Shown here: one piece after another, positions 40,701 to 53,568 of the stretch
Layout of the letters: each line of letters begins with the position of its first letter
Position numbering within the stretch: the first letter of the stretch is position 1
DNA from: Macrostomum lignano
Taxonomy: Eukaryota
Direction: 5' to 3'
Assembly: GCA_002269645.1 (NCBI GenBank)
Contig: NIVC01002161.1
Location: 124,001 to 188,000, forward strand
DNA: 64,000 nucleotides
The notes under the pieces: generated by a model
Database searches by the model: none
Told to the model about the DNA's origin: nothing
What the model saw: only the letters and a program-made list of their open reading frames with translations
Program-made: the position numbers and the translations under genes

Positions 40701-43700
40701 AAAGCGTCGCAGTCGAAGGCGCGGGCATCGCGAAGGAGCCGCAGCAGGTCCAGCAGGCTGGCCTTGACGCGCCTGGCCAGGTGGTCGATGGCGAAATCGG
40801 CGAGGGTGGCGAATCTGGCCAGCTGGGCGGCCTCCCTGGCCAGGCCGACCATCCAGTGTCCCGGTGAGAACTCCGCAGCTTCGCCGTCGAGATCGTCGCC
40901 GCCGCAAAAGTCCTCTCTGGCAGCCCGCTTGATGGCAGCATCAATCAGAGCTTCGACAAGTCCACGCCGAGATCTGAGCAGTCGGGTGGCGGCTTCGAAC
41001 CTGGGCCCCGGCTCCAGGGCCTCGAGCAGAGCGTCCTGCAGTTTTGGGAGCGGGAGACTCGCGGCGTGATGTTGTGCTTATGAATCCCTAGCGTTAGTCT
41101 GTTAACTTCCCGGGTGTGGGAAAGTGACACACACTGCTAGGAAAGTGACACACACTGCTAGGAAAGTGACACACACTGCTAGGAAAGTGACACACACTGC
41201 TAGGAAAGTGACACACACTGCTAGGAAAGTGACACACACTGCTAGGAAAGTGACACACACTGCTAGGAAACAGATTGCTAGGAAAGTGACAGATTGCTAG
41301 GAAAGTGACACACACTGCTAGGAAAGTGACACACATTGCAAAGAAAGTGACACACATTGCTAGGAAAGTGACACACACTGCTAGGAAAGTGACACACATT
41401 GCAAAGAAAGTGACACACACTGCTAGGAAAGTGACACACATTGCAAAGAAAGTGACACACATTGCTAGGAAAGTGACACACATTGCAAGGAAAGTGACAC
41501 AGATTGCAAGGAAAGTGACGAGCGCGCTTAAAACTCTGCTCAACTAACCTGCAGCCCGGCAGTGGCCCGGGTTCGAACCGCGGCCGGGCAGCGGTCGGTG
41601 AGCAGCTGCCTCGCGGAGCTGCTGCCCACCAGATCCCGCAGAGTGTCGGCCGAGCAGCCGTCGTCAGCCGCGCCCAGCGACTCCAGACAGAGCAGGCGCC
41701 AGTCCCGCAGCAGCGGCGACCACTGCCAGGTCTGGCGGCCCCTCGAAGCGCCGCCGCCGCCGCCCAGGTGGAAAATCCACAGCAGAGCCGTCGGGCCCGC
41801 GCTGGCGGTCTCCATCAGCGACTCCAGCAGCCAGCGGAGCTGAGGCGCCGAGTCCGCGTCCACAGACGGCCGACAGCTCAGGGCGACGACGCCGCCAACT
41901 GAGTTGCGAATTGCCGCTGACAGCTCGTCTCTGCGCGATTGGTTGGGTGAGGAAAATGGTGCAGTCAGAGGGCGATTTTCCAGATGGTCAGAGGGCGATT
42001 CTTTGGATCGTCAGAGGGCGATTTTCTAGATGGTCAGAAGGCGATTTTCTAGATGGTCAGAGGGCGATTTTCTAGATGGTCAGAGGGTGATTTTCTAGAT
42101 GGTCAGTGAGCGATTTTCTAGATGGTCAGAAAGCGATTTTCTAGATGGTCAGAGGGTGATTTTCCAGAAGGTCATAGCGCTTAAAGTGCGTTTTTCCGGA
42201 TGGTCATAAGACTCTAACTCTCTCTCTCTGCCCCTCCCTCTTTCTCACCTCAGCTCGTCCTCTCCCATAAAGTCAATCAGCCGGATGATGGAGCACTCGA
42301 CGCCCAGCTGAAGCTTCCAGGCCGTGTCTTCCATCCGGGTCCTGGTGTACACCACCGTCCCCCGGACGCCGCCTCTGCCAAGCTGTTCAGCCACGTGCCG
42401 AGCCAGGGAAGTGTCCGACAGCTCCTGGAAGTATTGCCTCTGCAGGGCCTCGCGGCTCTCCGAAGGCAGTTCACTGTGCGACAGGCGCAGCACAGCGTCC
42501 GGGAAGGCCTGAGTCAGCAGGTGCTGCGGCAGCCGCTTTGCCGTCTCCTCCACAGAGTCGTCGGCGCCAACCAGCAGGTGCGAGGCGGCCAGCTCAGGAT
42601 GATAGCCGCAGAAAGTCTCTTGGGCGGCAAATTCAAGCTTTTCGTGCTCCTCCTGCCATGCCAGGCCGCTTATGCTGCGGATTGGCAGTTTTAGGTGGTT
42701 TTGGAAATGAAAAGGCTTAGCTTTCTACTGAAAGTAGAATGTAAGAGTGTTTTAACTCGATGCATGATGGGAAAAATCAGTTGCTATGGTATTTTCGTTG
42801 CTATCCGATCTCTGGGCCAAAACCAACTAACAAAAACTGTGGAATCCTTGTTGCTAAGCTGTCTCTATGCCAAAACCAGTAAACATAAACTGTGGAATCT
42901 TTGTTGCTACGCTGTCTCTAGGCCAAAACCAGTTAACATAAACTGTGGAATCATTGTTGCTATGCTGTCTCTGGGCCAAAGCCAGTTACCATAAACTGTG
43001 GTATCCTTGTTGCTATGCTGTCTCTAGGCCAAAACCACTAAACATAAACTGTGGAATCATTGTTGCTATGCTGTCTCTGGACCAAAACCAGTTAACATAA
43101 ACTGTGGTATCCTTGTTGCTATGCTGTCTCTAGGCCAAAACCAGTTACCATAAACTGTGGAATCCTTGTTGCTATGCTGTCTCTAGGCCAAAACCAGTTA
43201 AAATAAACTGTGGTATCCTTGTTGCTATGCTGTCTCTGGACCAAAACCAGTTACCATAAAATGTGGTATCCTTGTTGCTATGCTGTCTCTAGGCCAAAAC
43301 CAGTTACCATAAACTGTGGAATCCTTGTTGCTATTGATGTGGCCGCAGCCTTCTGCTGCAAGCATAGGGCCGCAGTCACATCTTAGGCACTGCTGTCCAC
43401 TGCTAGTATCTGGAATAGGAATTTTCTGCTGCCTCCATGCACTCTAAGCAGCCTTCCTTGGCGCTCAGAAGTTGCACAATATGGCGCAATCTTTAACATA
43501 GGAAATTAGGAAGTTTTGCCTAGCCTAGGGTTAGTTAGTGGAAGCCGCCAAATTTGGCGCTTGCCTTTGCTATTGTTGCCTGGCCTGCCGCGTACGATCG
43601 CTCAGTGTACGCAAGTCTAGTTAGCAGCACTCCTCCCCCGTGCGCTCTCTGGACCCTTCCCCCTTCTGCTCTCTCGTTCCTCCTGCGTCCGAGCCTCTCC

Positions 43701-46700
43701 CCATGCGTCATTCTATTTTTAGACGGAGGGTTTCGCGGACCGCGTGTCCCGAGCTGAACCCTCCCTCACGTGCAGCCTTGTGCGCACAAGCCCAAATTTG
43801 GCATGCTATTGTCACTAGTGGCTTGAGGCGACTGTCGGCGCTTCGTACAAGCTACTCTTTCCCCCATGTTTAATCAATATCTGTTGTGCATCATTATCCG
43901 CACTTTTCGGGCTGCAGTTCCATGGTCAAGCCACGGAATGCCCAAACGCTCCACCCTCCGCGTTCTATATTAACGAATGCAGGCCCGGTTGTCTGAATTT
44001 TTCCTCAGAACCGGTTTGACCGCTGGTCAGACTCGTTGAGAGCTATACTCAGCAACAGCTAAACCCCCCCCCCCCAACTCACGCTGTCACAGGGGCACAA
44101 AAGTTAAGCAATGTCTTTAAGTGGGTTGAGTTGCGCCACCCCCTCCCCAAATCCCCCATGCCGCACTTTGCGCTCGCGTCTGGCGGCGGCAGCCTTCACA
44201 CATTTCTGAGTCACCGATGGCATACAAAACTTTTGGGCCGTGTGACAGCGTGAGTTGGGGGGGGGGGGTAGCTGTTGCTGAGTATATCTCCGAGAAAGCG
44301 CTCTAGCGCCGGTTAACAGCGAAGCAAAGCTCCTGAGCAGGTCTTGGTAGAGCATTGCAGCGCTCAAGCAGAAAGCACGCTCCTGAGCAGGTCTTGGCCT
44401 GAGCAGGCCGCCCATCTGCGCGAGACGTAGCTATTAGGTTAACAGGAGTTAGGGGTCCTCTGAGAGCTAAACTCAGACACGCTCAAGCGCGGACATTTGT
44501 CAGTGCCAGGACTGCGCCGCTCAGGCCATTGCTACCATTGAGTCCTGTCACTTGGACATTGAAATATCTGAGACTAGTTGTTCTAGCGTTATTTATTTGC
44601 GTGGAGCCCAAACAGACCCCTTCATTGCGGATCCTACGGTTCCCACGCTGGTGGCAGCACTACCCTTAATTTTAGATTTCTCCCCAGTCTCAGCCCCCAT
44701 AAGTATACTCAGCAAGGTTGCTTCAGCTGCTTCAAGGTTGCTTCAAGGTTGCTTCAAGGTTACTCAGCAAGCTAGGCCAAAACCAGTTAACTTAAACTGT
44801 GGTATCTTTGTTGCTATGCTGTCTCTAGGTCAAAAAAGACTCTCTAACCCTATTACGAGTTGCTAAGACTAAGAGCAGTTTTAAGATAAAACGTCTAAAA
44901 TGGTAACAACTTTATTTGACTTAATTATTTGCTAATCACCTGGTCGCCTTAGCAACAAAACTGTCCCGAAGCTGTTCAACCGCGCCACGCTGCTCTGCGG
45001 ACAGAACGTCGCCAAATCCGAACGTTTGCTTCTCGAAACGGTTGAGAAAGGCTCTGTCCACGCGCTCCAGAGTGTCCGCCCTCACGAGCACTACGCAGCG
45101 GAACTTGTCATCAACGGAGCAATTCTTGTTAGCTTGCGTTCCCATAGCAACGCGGCAGTAGCGACACTGGTTATACTCGGAGTAGTTTTGGTTGAGCATG
45201 TCGTACAAACTGCCGTAGACGAGTTCAAAGTCCTTGAACAGCACAACAATGCCGTTCTCCATGCACATCATCACTTCATGCAGTTTTCTCAGCGCGAACT
45301 GCTCGCTGAGCTGGTCCCTATCGTATGCGCTGCCGTGAAGCACTCGGAACGGGCGCTCCTTCCGCTGAAGCACATGGGCCAGCAGGTCAAGATCCCGGTC
45401 AGTGTCCGTGATCAGCATCAAGTGCCGCGCGCTCTTGTCCTCTAGGCTCTCCATGAGCACCGATACCTAGGGGACGGTTAGTTAGCGAGTTACGAGCGTA
45501 GATCATGGATCACGTTAAGCTTCCGCACAGCAGCCTTGACCTTCTACTAACCGTCAGGCATGTCAGGCTAACCTCAAGCACGTGGAGGTTCGGTCCCGAT
45601 TTCTCTACGCCAACCCCTTTTATTTGAAGCAAAATTGCGCCTGATATGCCGAAAACCCGGGGGGGGGGGAGGGAATGGTTGTGAGGGAGTCTCACAGTCT
45701 CATTATGTCCTCCATCAAGGCAGGGTAACATAATGAGAGCTGGTGTGGGGGGTAACATAATCATCATTAATAGATAACATAATGGGGGCATAAAGTAACA
45801 TTACTATCGCTCCTATTCTTCAACCAAACATATAAAAGAGCGTTTTTCGTGGTCATCACGTCCCGTTAGCATTTGACGCTTCAAATGAAGGGATTGGCGT
45901 AGAGAAACCGGGACCGAATGTTTCGGGCTCCATTTTGACTCTTAAGTTCACATCCCCTTTAAGTGCACAAGCCCTAAATGAATGAGCTTGGCGCAAGAAT
46001 AAGATGTGCAAGACCCATACAAAAATCCGTGATAATTGATTTGGGAAAACAAGAGAATTCAAATGCAAACCTTGTCTTGTTGACGAAGTGTTTCCTTGTA
46101 AGCATTTTCCAGTCCCTCGTAAGCGAAGTCAAAATGTTCGAGAAAGTACGGCTGCTCCAGACCGGAGAAGTTCCTCACCAAGCCGCGACTGAGTATAGCC
46201 AACTTGTTCAACTGCATTCGAACATTTTCTTTAGCGAGAAACTTCACCAGGTAATAGTAGTCTCTGAGCCCGTGGAAATCCTCTTCTACTTGGCTGTCGA
46301 AGTATTCGTGACACGCCTGAGCAATTTTTTGCATATCTTCTTTGTCGATTCGACCGCCAACCTCGCCCTGACCGTCTTGCTTGTCCTGCTGCAGAACAAT
46401 GGCACTGCCTGTGATGAGCAGCTCCTCGGTTGTCATATCCGGCCTGGAGATGTGCACAGCTCGGTTCATCTTGGCCGGGTCCAGGGCCCAGTTGGACAAG
46501 CCCAGTACGGCAACACGAGCTTTGCAGGTGAATTCCGACTCTTCAGGCTCTAGGAGGCTGTGCAGAACTTTGAGCGGGTTGTGACGCGACTTCTCCGCTA
46601 GACCGATCTCGTCTAGCAGGACTACATAGCTGCGAGGAGAGGGAGGTGAACCAGTGTAAGAATGCATCTCGGATGTATTGTTAGGTCACAACTCATCATA

Positions 46701-49700
46701 AACCTCGTATGTAATGCCACTAGACCATCACTGATGATTGATTAAGCATCCCGGATTCAATACTAATTCGTCACTGATCATTGATAAAACACTGATGCCA
46801 TTCATCATGATTCAGTACTGAAGCATCCCGGATGTAATACTAGGCCATGGCCATCACTGATCATTGATCAATCACTGATGCCATTCACCAATAATCATAA
46901 ATTAAGCATCCCGGATGCAATACTAAGCCGTCACTGATTAAGAATCCTGGATATAACACTATGCCATCATTAACATCCATTCCGGACGTGATGCTCAATC
47001 ATCTATCATTCCGGACGTGATACTAGACCATCGTGCCTACCAGATGTAATGGCATCTTCATCCTTCAAATTGTGTTTTTAATGAAGTTAGTTTTTAAAGG
47101 AAAGGAAGTTTTCAAACGGGTTTTTTAGTTAGAGGTAGGGGCTGTGTGCACCCTGGCGCACTTCAAGCGACATTGTCACACAGCCGGCGAGAGGCATCAC
47201 TGCCCGTTCCGCCGACTCCCCTGAGCAGCGCACACAAGCGCAAGGATACGTACGCAGACATACGCACAGGCACACAGTCACAAAGGAGTGTACAGCGGCG
47301 GTGTTTATTGCACGAGCAGACCCAAGCCGAGATTCCAATTTAGCCCCAAATTAATGTGTCTGCATTTTGAATGCATAATCGAGACTGGACGAATGGCGCA
47401 TACATCGGTGGCTAGACCGCTAAGCTACGCCCCATCAAAGAACAGAGAGAGCTAAGCAGTACACGTATGTCAAGGGAATTTACCGATACTCATCCTTTTC
47501 CGCATCCTCATCAGCTTTCTTCGTGGCTCTGCGGAACACTTTGAAGATGCCCTCCGAAGTGGACGCCTCGGAGCCCTGGTAGCAGAAAAACCTCAGGGCT
47601 GGCAGAGCTTTGAAGAACGGATCGCGTGAGTCCCGACCTCGCAAATTGCTTCTGAGCAGAGAGACGGCCAGACTCTTGGAGCAGCCAGGCTTGCCAACTA
47701 GGAACACCGGAACTTTGTTGTAAACGCAGCACAGCAGGATAAACACGTTCTCTAGCAGGGCCGCGTTTTGAGCCACATTTTCCGGCAGCTCCATTCGATT
47801 GAGAATGTCTTCCTGCTCCTCGCGTATTGTTTTCTGTATTGACACAGCAGATTATGTACATGTACGCGTGTAATTAGCCATAAATCTACATGCACCAGTG
47901 CTCACTGACAACTCGGGTACCAAAAAGGGCATTTACATGGTTATGTAAATTTAGGAGAAGCTAACTGTACCAGATGGGGTCAGAAACGTATAAAAGCTGA
48001 TAATCAAGCTTACCTCAGCATTGTCAGACAGGAGAGACAAAATTTCGCAAGCGTATTCGGTTCGCTTGTCTGCAGACCGGATGCGCACATAGTAGCACAC
48101 GTACAAAGACATGACCAGAGGCAGAGTCGATAAACTTCGATATACATCGCTTTTCTCATGCCTCAGTTCGTAGAACCAATCGAAGAAGGCGATGAACTCG
48201 CAGCATCGGCGAACATCTCGCAAGCTGATTGCGTACTCAGTTTTCTCCAGCTTTCGAATGAATTTCTGGGACTTCCACACCGCATCGGCTAGCGCGTTCA
48301 GCAGAACCGACTCCATCTCCGGCAGCTGGTCTCGCAGCATCCGCTTGATGTACTGCTCCTCATCGGTGTCCCGCAGCCGGCCAAAGTCCCACACCAGGTC
48401 CAGAATGGACTCGGGCAGCGGGTTGACCCGGTACACCAGGTGGCGCATGCGGTCATGCTCGCGTTCGGCTAAGCGGAAGCCGGCAGTCAGAGCGGCATCC
48501 GGGTCTCTCAGCCTGTAGGGATTCGAAGCGGCCAAGAATCGCAGGTTGGGCGGCAGCGGAGCACCTAGTAGTCGCCTGTGACATATGAGCTCCTTCAGCA
48601 TGCCCAGGTGATCGCAGGTGTTAATCTCGTCGAGAAACAGCCAAACAGTTTTTGTGTCGCGGATCTTATCGCTTGTTTTGCGTTTAATAATCAGTTCCCT
48701 GGCCTCCTCGGCGGCAGACTGGGCAGTATGGATAATTTGCTCCTGCGTGGTGCCCGCGTGGAAGTTCAGCACGCGGAGGCTGGCCTCGTGTACCTGAGTT
48801 AAGTAGAAAGATATTTGCGTAAAGCAGGGGTCGGCGAACCCCGGCCCGTGGGCCACATGCGACCCGCGAAGCCTCTCTATCCGGCCCTCGGGTCCTTTGA
48901 AACTTATAATAGCGATCAGGCCCGCTCAAAGTGTGTGTCACGTCAGTTCTCTCGGATCACCTATCCTCTCTCCTTTCTTTCCTCCCTACTCTCATCGCTC
49001 CCCTCTCCCTCCTCTCCTCTCTCCTTTCTTCTCCTTTCTTCTCCCTTCTCTCCTCTCTTCCCTCTCTCTCCTCCTCTCTCCTTTCTTTCTCTCCCTTCTC
49101 TCCTCTTTTCCCTTTCTCCCTCTCTCCTTTCTTTCTCTCCCTTCTCTCCTCTCTTCCATCTCCTCTCTCCTTTCTCTCATCTCTTCTCTCCTCTCTTCTC
49201 TCCTCTTCCCTCTCCCCTCTCCTCTCCCTCTCTCCTCTCTCCCTTCTTCTCTCTCTTCTCTCAAATTTATTCCTTCTCCTTTCCACTCTCATTTTTCCCG
49301 CAACAACGAGCTGAATTTTTTTCTGGCCCTTGAGGAAGAAATGAAAAAACAGACAACTATGACTAAATATAGATTCTGTAACCGCCATAAAATCCCACAG
49401 CTGATTAGCAAGCGTTACAGCATTGCATATAAATCATACTGGCTTACTTTGCTCAAGAATCTGATCAGGCTAGTCTTTCCGCATCCGGTCTCTCCGATGA
49501 TGAGCACCGGCACGTCGCAGTCGATTCGCAGGCTGATCAGCACCATCTTGAGAAAGTTGTCAGCCGTGATGGCGTATCTTCCGCTGCCGCCGCTTGGCTC
49601 GTCGTCCTCATCAAATTGCACTCCAGGCGGCCGGTAGCCAGGGTTTCCGCGGCCAGCGATGCGTACCAGCTTCTCCAGCAGCTTGGCCTGCTTCATCTCA

Positions 49701-52700
49701 GTGTAGTCAACCAGCCGGCCGCTGTGCATGTTTCGCTCGAATAGTCGCCGGATTTCGTCAGGTACATCGCGGAGACTGCGGTAGACCAATTCGACAGCGG
49801 CAATGTCCTGCTTCTGAAACACGGGCGCCAGGTGGTTAAACGATTCCCAGCTGAGGAAGCCCTCGAATCGTTCAACGGAATCATCCGTGACCTTGGCGTG
49901 CACGCCGCGCTTCGACTCTGATTGCTTGCCTTTGGAAAGAGCAACAGATCGGCTCATGAGCTGACAAATGGACTTAAACAGAAACCGAACTAAGTCGGAT
50001 CGAATTGTTGGCGAAGCATCGCGACCGAACGCTTCTCTGACGCCGGAGATTTTGAAAAACGCGCTCGAAGACAGCTTCTTCAATTGGTCAGCTAGAACAC
50101 GAATCGTGGACGTAACAGTCAGGTAGGAATGACCTTCGAGCGGAGCCAGAGCTTTCTGCAGCCTAGAGCGACACTCGTCAGCTTCCAGTACGCTTTCTAA
50201 CGAAACTTCAACCGAATCTAAATTTCGCAAATCCAAAGCTCGCTGATACTTAGCAACTATCTGCACCGGACTTTTTGGCTCGCGTGATACCATCAGGTCG
50301 TTAAGACATCGCCACTGAAGTATCGTCACATTCTGTTCAGAGAGGCGGTTAAACAAAACGAACTGTTCCGCAAGCTCGTCATTGGCACTGTTTGCCAGCT
50401 CAATGACAACTCGGCCAGGTTTGAACGCCAGCAGATAGCTGGAGTGGCACAGCATCCCGGTGAGCAGCGCCTCAAACAGCATGGTTTCTAGAGCGCCTGC
50501 GTCATCGATCCAACCAACATCCAGATGTAGGAGGTCACGCTGCTCTAGGCCGCTTAATTTCTCCGCTAAATCGAGCTTGCCGATCTTGCCGCTGACGTGA
50601 ACGCAGCGCAGGCGGCTCTCAGTGTCAGCGGCCAGCCTGCGCACCAGCTCGGTCTTGCCGCATCCAGCCCGCTCAGACCGGACAAGTGTCACAGAGTCGC
50701 CGCAGATCGCGCCCAGGGCTGCGGAAAGTTGCAAGTCCGAGTCAAAAACGGGCTGCTGTTGCTGGCATTGGTCTCTGAAGATTCCAAGTAGACGATGTGT
50801 GCTAGCAGCTCTGCAGAATACTGCTAGACGGCCTAGGTTGCCTGCATCGCAGAGGCCTAGAATGCTGGCAGCCAGGTGGTTGAGCAGCCGCTGACTGAGC
50901 AGTTCGGTGCAAAGAATGTAGTGCACTCGGCTGGGGCTGCTAGCGCTTCGCTGAAGCAGCAGTGAAATCTCCTCCTCGGCGGTGTCAGCAGAGCAAAACA
51001 GAATCTCCGACGGTAACGGTGAATGAGTCTGTAGAGCATAGGCGAAAAAGTAATAATTTGGTTTTCAGAATTCAGTGAGCCCCGGTAAGAAAGGTACCTA
51101 AGTCAGGAAGCGTCCTAGAGTCCCTTACGTCGCCCCAGTCGTTGCAGGTAACATGGGTAAAGTGGAAAATGTGACTTTATACAACTCTAAAATGACGAGA
51201 CGTCACAGTAAAAGTCGCCAAAAAAGGTTGTCAAAGAGTCACTTAAGAGTCAATTTGAGGCGTTATATTGTTGGGACTCTGAAACGACTCTGGGACCACG
51301 CCACGCAAGTAACTCTGGGGCGCTTCTAGGCGCTTCTGAGGCATTCTAGAGTCGTTGTAGAATCAATGAATTGCGTCTAAAGCGCATGTGCGTCATTAAC
51401 GTTGCATTTCGTATTTATAACTATTCAGGCTACTTAAATCAGTAGAAATTTGAGAGCTATAACACGAAATTTGGAGACACTTTCGACTCTTACGACTCTA
51501 CAACTTATGTGATGGACTCGTAACTCAACAGTCAACTTTCCTTCGCATTACGGTCGTTTGAGTCTTTAAAAAGCCACAAAACTCGCCCAGAGTCACTAGT
51601 GAGCTGTTTGCAATGACTAGCGATTCCTGTCACGATAAGTTTTTAAACGGGAGCTTGAGCTAACGTCTTAATGCAAAGTTGCCAACTCACCTGAGACTGC
51701 CGCCACACGGTAAGGAACGCTCTAACAGAGTGCGGCTCTTTACTGGGATCAACGCGTAAAACCATCAAGCGGCCTCGTTGAACACACAGTGGAGATTCGG
51801 GGAGCTGGTGAGCGCAATCGAGTTGGCGGTCGGGAAGTGCAGGCAATTGAGACAGCCAATCAGCGAGCGCTATGATATGTTCTCGTAGGATGTCTTTCTG
51901 CCCTGTTGGGCCTAATTTTCTGACTTTGTCGACGTTGAATTCGAGGTGCGGCATATTGCCATACTGCGGCAGCCTTTGTGCATCTCTGTTAACAAATAAA
52001 AGTATTGGCCGTATATGTTGATCTGACACATTGGTTTCGGTTAGAAAGTGGTGCATTCTGAGCAGGTTTGCGCCGAATAAGTGGTTTAATAGAGGCCTTT
52101 TCTGTCTTGCCTCGCTTAGGACAGATTCCCATATTTCTAAATTACGGCGAAACTTTGCCTCTCGATCTGCCAGTTTTTTAGCCGAGCGTTTTTTGTCGGC
52201 TTCGAAGTGAAGTGGATGACCGACTGATTGCAGTTTCCTATGCAATTGGAACACCTGGGAAGAAAAGTGCAGGTTTTTCCTCTTAAATTTTACATAAATA
52301 GGTAATCCTGGTAAACAAAAATTATAGAAACTTACCCTTTCAAGAGAGTCGATCAGGTCGACAAATATTTTTAACTTCCTCCGATCATCGTCTGTGACGA
52401 GAGAGTACGAAGAGCCTACGATCATTAACACGCGGCATCGATGGTCAATCAGCTTTGACAGTGGCCAATGTTCGTCACATGTAGCATCGAATAACTCGCA
52501 AGTAGATTTAGACTCACAAATTTCAATTGAAAACATCAGATCATCTTCATCCATGCACTCAACCAAAGCTAGAGCTTGTTTTCTAGAAGAGTCGCCTCGA
52601 GAGGACAAACTGTCGTGCAGATTCTGAATAGCTACAAGATGACTAAAGCAAGTCTCAATACATTCCACGGCATCCTTGGCTCGGGCATCTGAGACAACGA

Positions 52701-53499
52701 AAATCTGATCCGAGCCCTCGAGGCCAAAGTTAAGAGCCATTGCCAGTTCTTCCATGCTTGTCTTCATTCCCAAGATGCCTTCTCCTGATTTGATCTTGTC
52801 AATTAGCATTCGGAGCATTTCCTGCAGCTTGATGAGAGCATTGATGTGAGCAAAGCTCACCTCTTCTGAATCTTCGTCATTGGCGGCGTCGAACAACTGC
52901 TGAAAGTCTGAGTTAACCTGAGCTATCAAGAATTTGAATACATTACTTCGCTCACAAAGTTTTGTTAGGATGTTCCAGTGATTTTGTGACAGTGGCTTGC
53001 ACAGCTTTACTAAAAAATTTGCGGCCTCATTGAAATCTTTTACTAAGCTTCCGCCTCGACATTTCCTAAAATATTTCTCACAAACAGCTAGCACGGAGGG
53101 CTCAAACAAATGTTGCAGTGGTGACTGCAAGAGCAGCTGGCAGTAGTGCTTCCATGTCTTTCGGTACTTCAAATTTTCAACCAGCTCCTTGTCTGATAAA
53201 GCTGGTGACTCATAACCGAGAAACTGCTGAGCCAAATATTGCTCCAATTCAATGTCTGTCTTTGGAGAAAACTTTTTCTTGACATCCGCAACGTTTTCAT
53301 GCTTTAAACTTCGTTGTAGAAACTGTTTGTAGCGATCAATAACATCCCTGAGAACATCAAATACTTCGGCAACAGTATAGGCCCCCTGGTCCAGTGAGTA
53401 AATCTCAGTGAATATGGTGGATTCAAGAAGGCCGCTCAGATCACGAGCAGTTTTGGCGTACCCTTGAAATACTTTCTCTAGAAAGTTCGTTGCCTTCAT
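34797..53499 (-). CDS. rnf213: RNF213/mysterin-like giant AAA+ ATPase, 5'-partial, about 3650 codons visible
   Basis: Exons in transcript order: 52336-53499+, 51691-52254, 49448-51028, 48014-48793, 47484-47833, 46071-46629, 44940-45466, 42249-42674, 41549-41930, 39896-41035, 36457-39311, 35297-35849, 34797-34871. All junctions are GT-AG with compatible phases (10956 nt). RNF213-type motifs: PLPSEILFCSADTAEEEISLLL, SERAGCGKT, IIGETGCGKT, FLDEINTC, VGKPGCSKS, LLDEIGLAE, LSNWALDPAKMNRA, TFCGYHP, PDAVLRL. A paralogue rather than a strict orthologue cannot be excluded. Confidence 0.9.
34916..35090 (+). mobile_element. SINE family A, 3'-truncated copy in the last RNF213-like intron
   Basis: Contains CCCAGGCTCGATTCCAAGTGCAGTCACATT...TCTCGGCTTGGCTCTGC...AAAGTTAGGGCCGCTGT matching 7986-8347. 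Confidence 0.8.
36112..36410 (-). mobile_element. SINE family A copy (intronic)
   Basis: Reverse complement of the family A tail, body and B box; 5' head diverged. Confidence 0.85.
39515..39850. repeat. 19-bp intronic minisatellite (GGGTCGGGATCGATATCTA)
   Basis: In RNF213-like intron 39312-39895. Confidence 0.92.
41115..41520. repeat. 21-bp intronic minisatellite (AGGAAAGTGACACACACTGCT)
   Basis: In RNF213-like intron 41036-41548. Confidence 0.92.
41970..42200. repeat. 23-bp intronic minisatellite (TTTTCTAGATGGTCAGAGGGCGA)
   Basis: In RNF213-like intron 41931-42248. Confidence 0.88.
42780..44830. repeat. 53-bp intronic minisatellite interrupted by a ~1.4-kb insert (43335-44770)
   Basis: Unit AAAACCAGTTAACATAAACTGTGGAATCCTTGTTGCTATGCTGTCTCTAGGCC; breaks after GTTGCTAT at 43334 and resumes near 44771. 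Confidence 0.85.
44046..44284. mobile_element. MITE with ~58-bp TIRs, TA-flanked (Tc1/mariner-like)
   Basis: TACTCAGCAACAGCTA-(C)n-AACTCACGCTGTCACA..CAAAAGTT and its near-perfect inverse; TA on both sides. The exact end is ambiguous by 2 bp because of TATA. Confidence 0.7.
46700..47045. repeat. Degenerate tandem repeat (AAGCATCCCGGATG.AATACTA..CC..TCACTGATCATTGAT)
   Basis: Several diverged copies in RNF213-like intron 46630-47483. Confidence 0.6.
47129..47370 (-). mobile_element. SINE family A, 5'-truncated copy (intronic)
   Basis: Reverse complement of the family A tail and body; tRNA head missing. Confidence 0.8.
48825..48900 (+). mobile_element. hAT/Charlie-type transposon end
   Basis: CAGGGGTCGGCGAACC..CGGCCCGTGGGCCACATGCGACCCG resembles Charlie/MER58-type termini; no matching right end was found. 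Confidence 0.6.
48960..49262. repeat. CT-rich low-complexity tract
   Basis: Almost pure pyrimidine; intronic. Confidence 0.9.
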
Positions 53500-53568
53500 C
53501 AGCGAAATTTTTCTTCAACTTCCGCTGACGTTTTCTTAAACCTTGCCTGGTAATCTGAAATGTCATCC

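Noticed and set aside
39885-41069. 394-aa + strand ORF and other + ORFs over 37-42 kb
   Set aside because: Antisense shadows of GC-rich RNF213-like exons.
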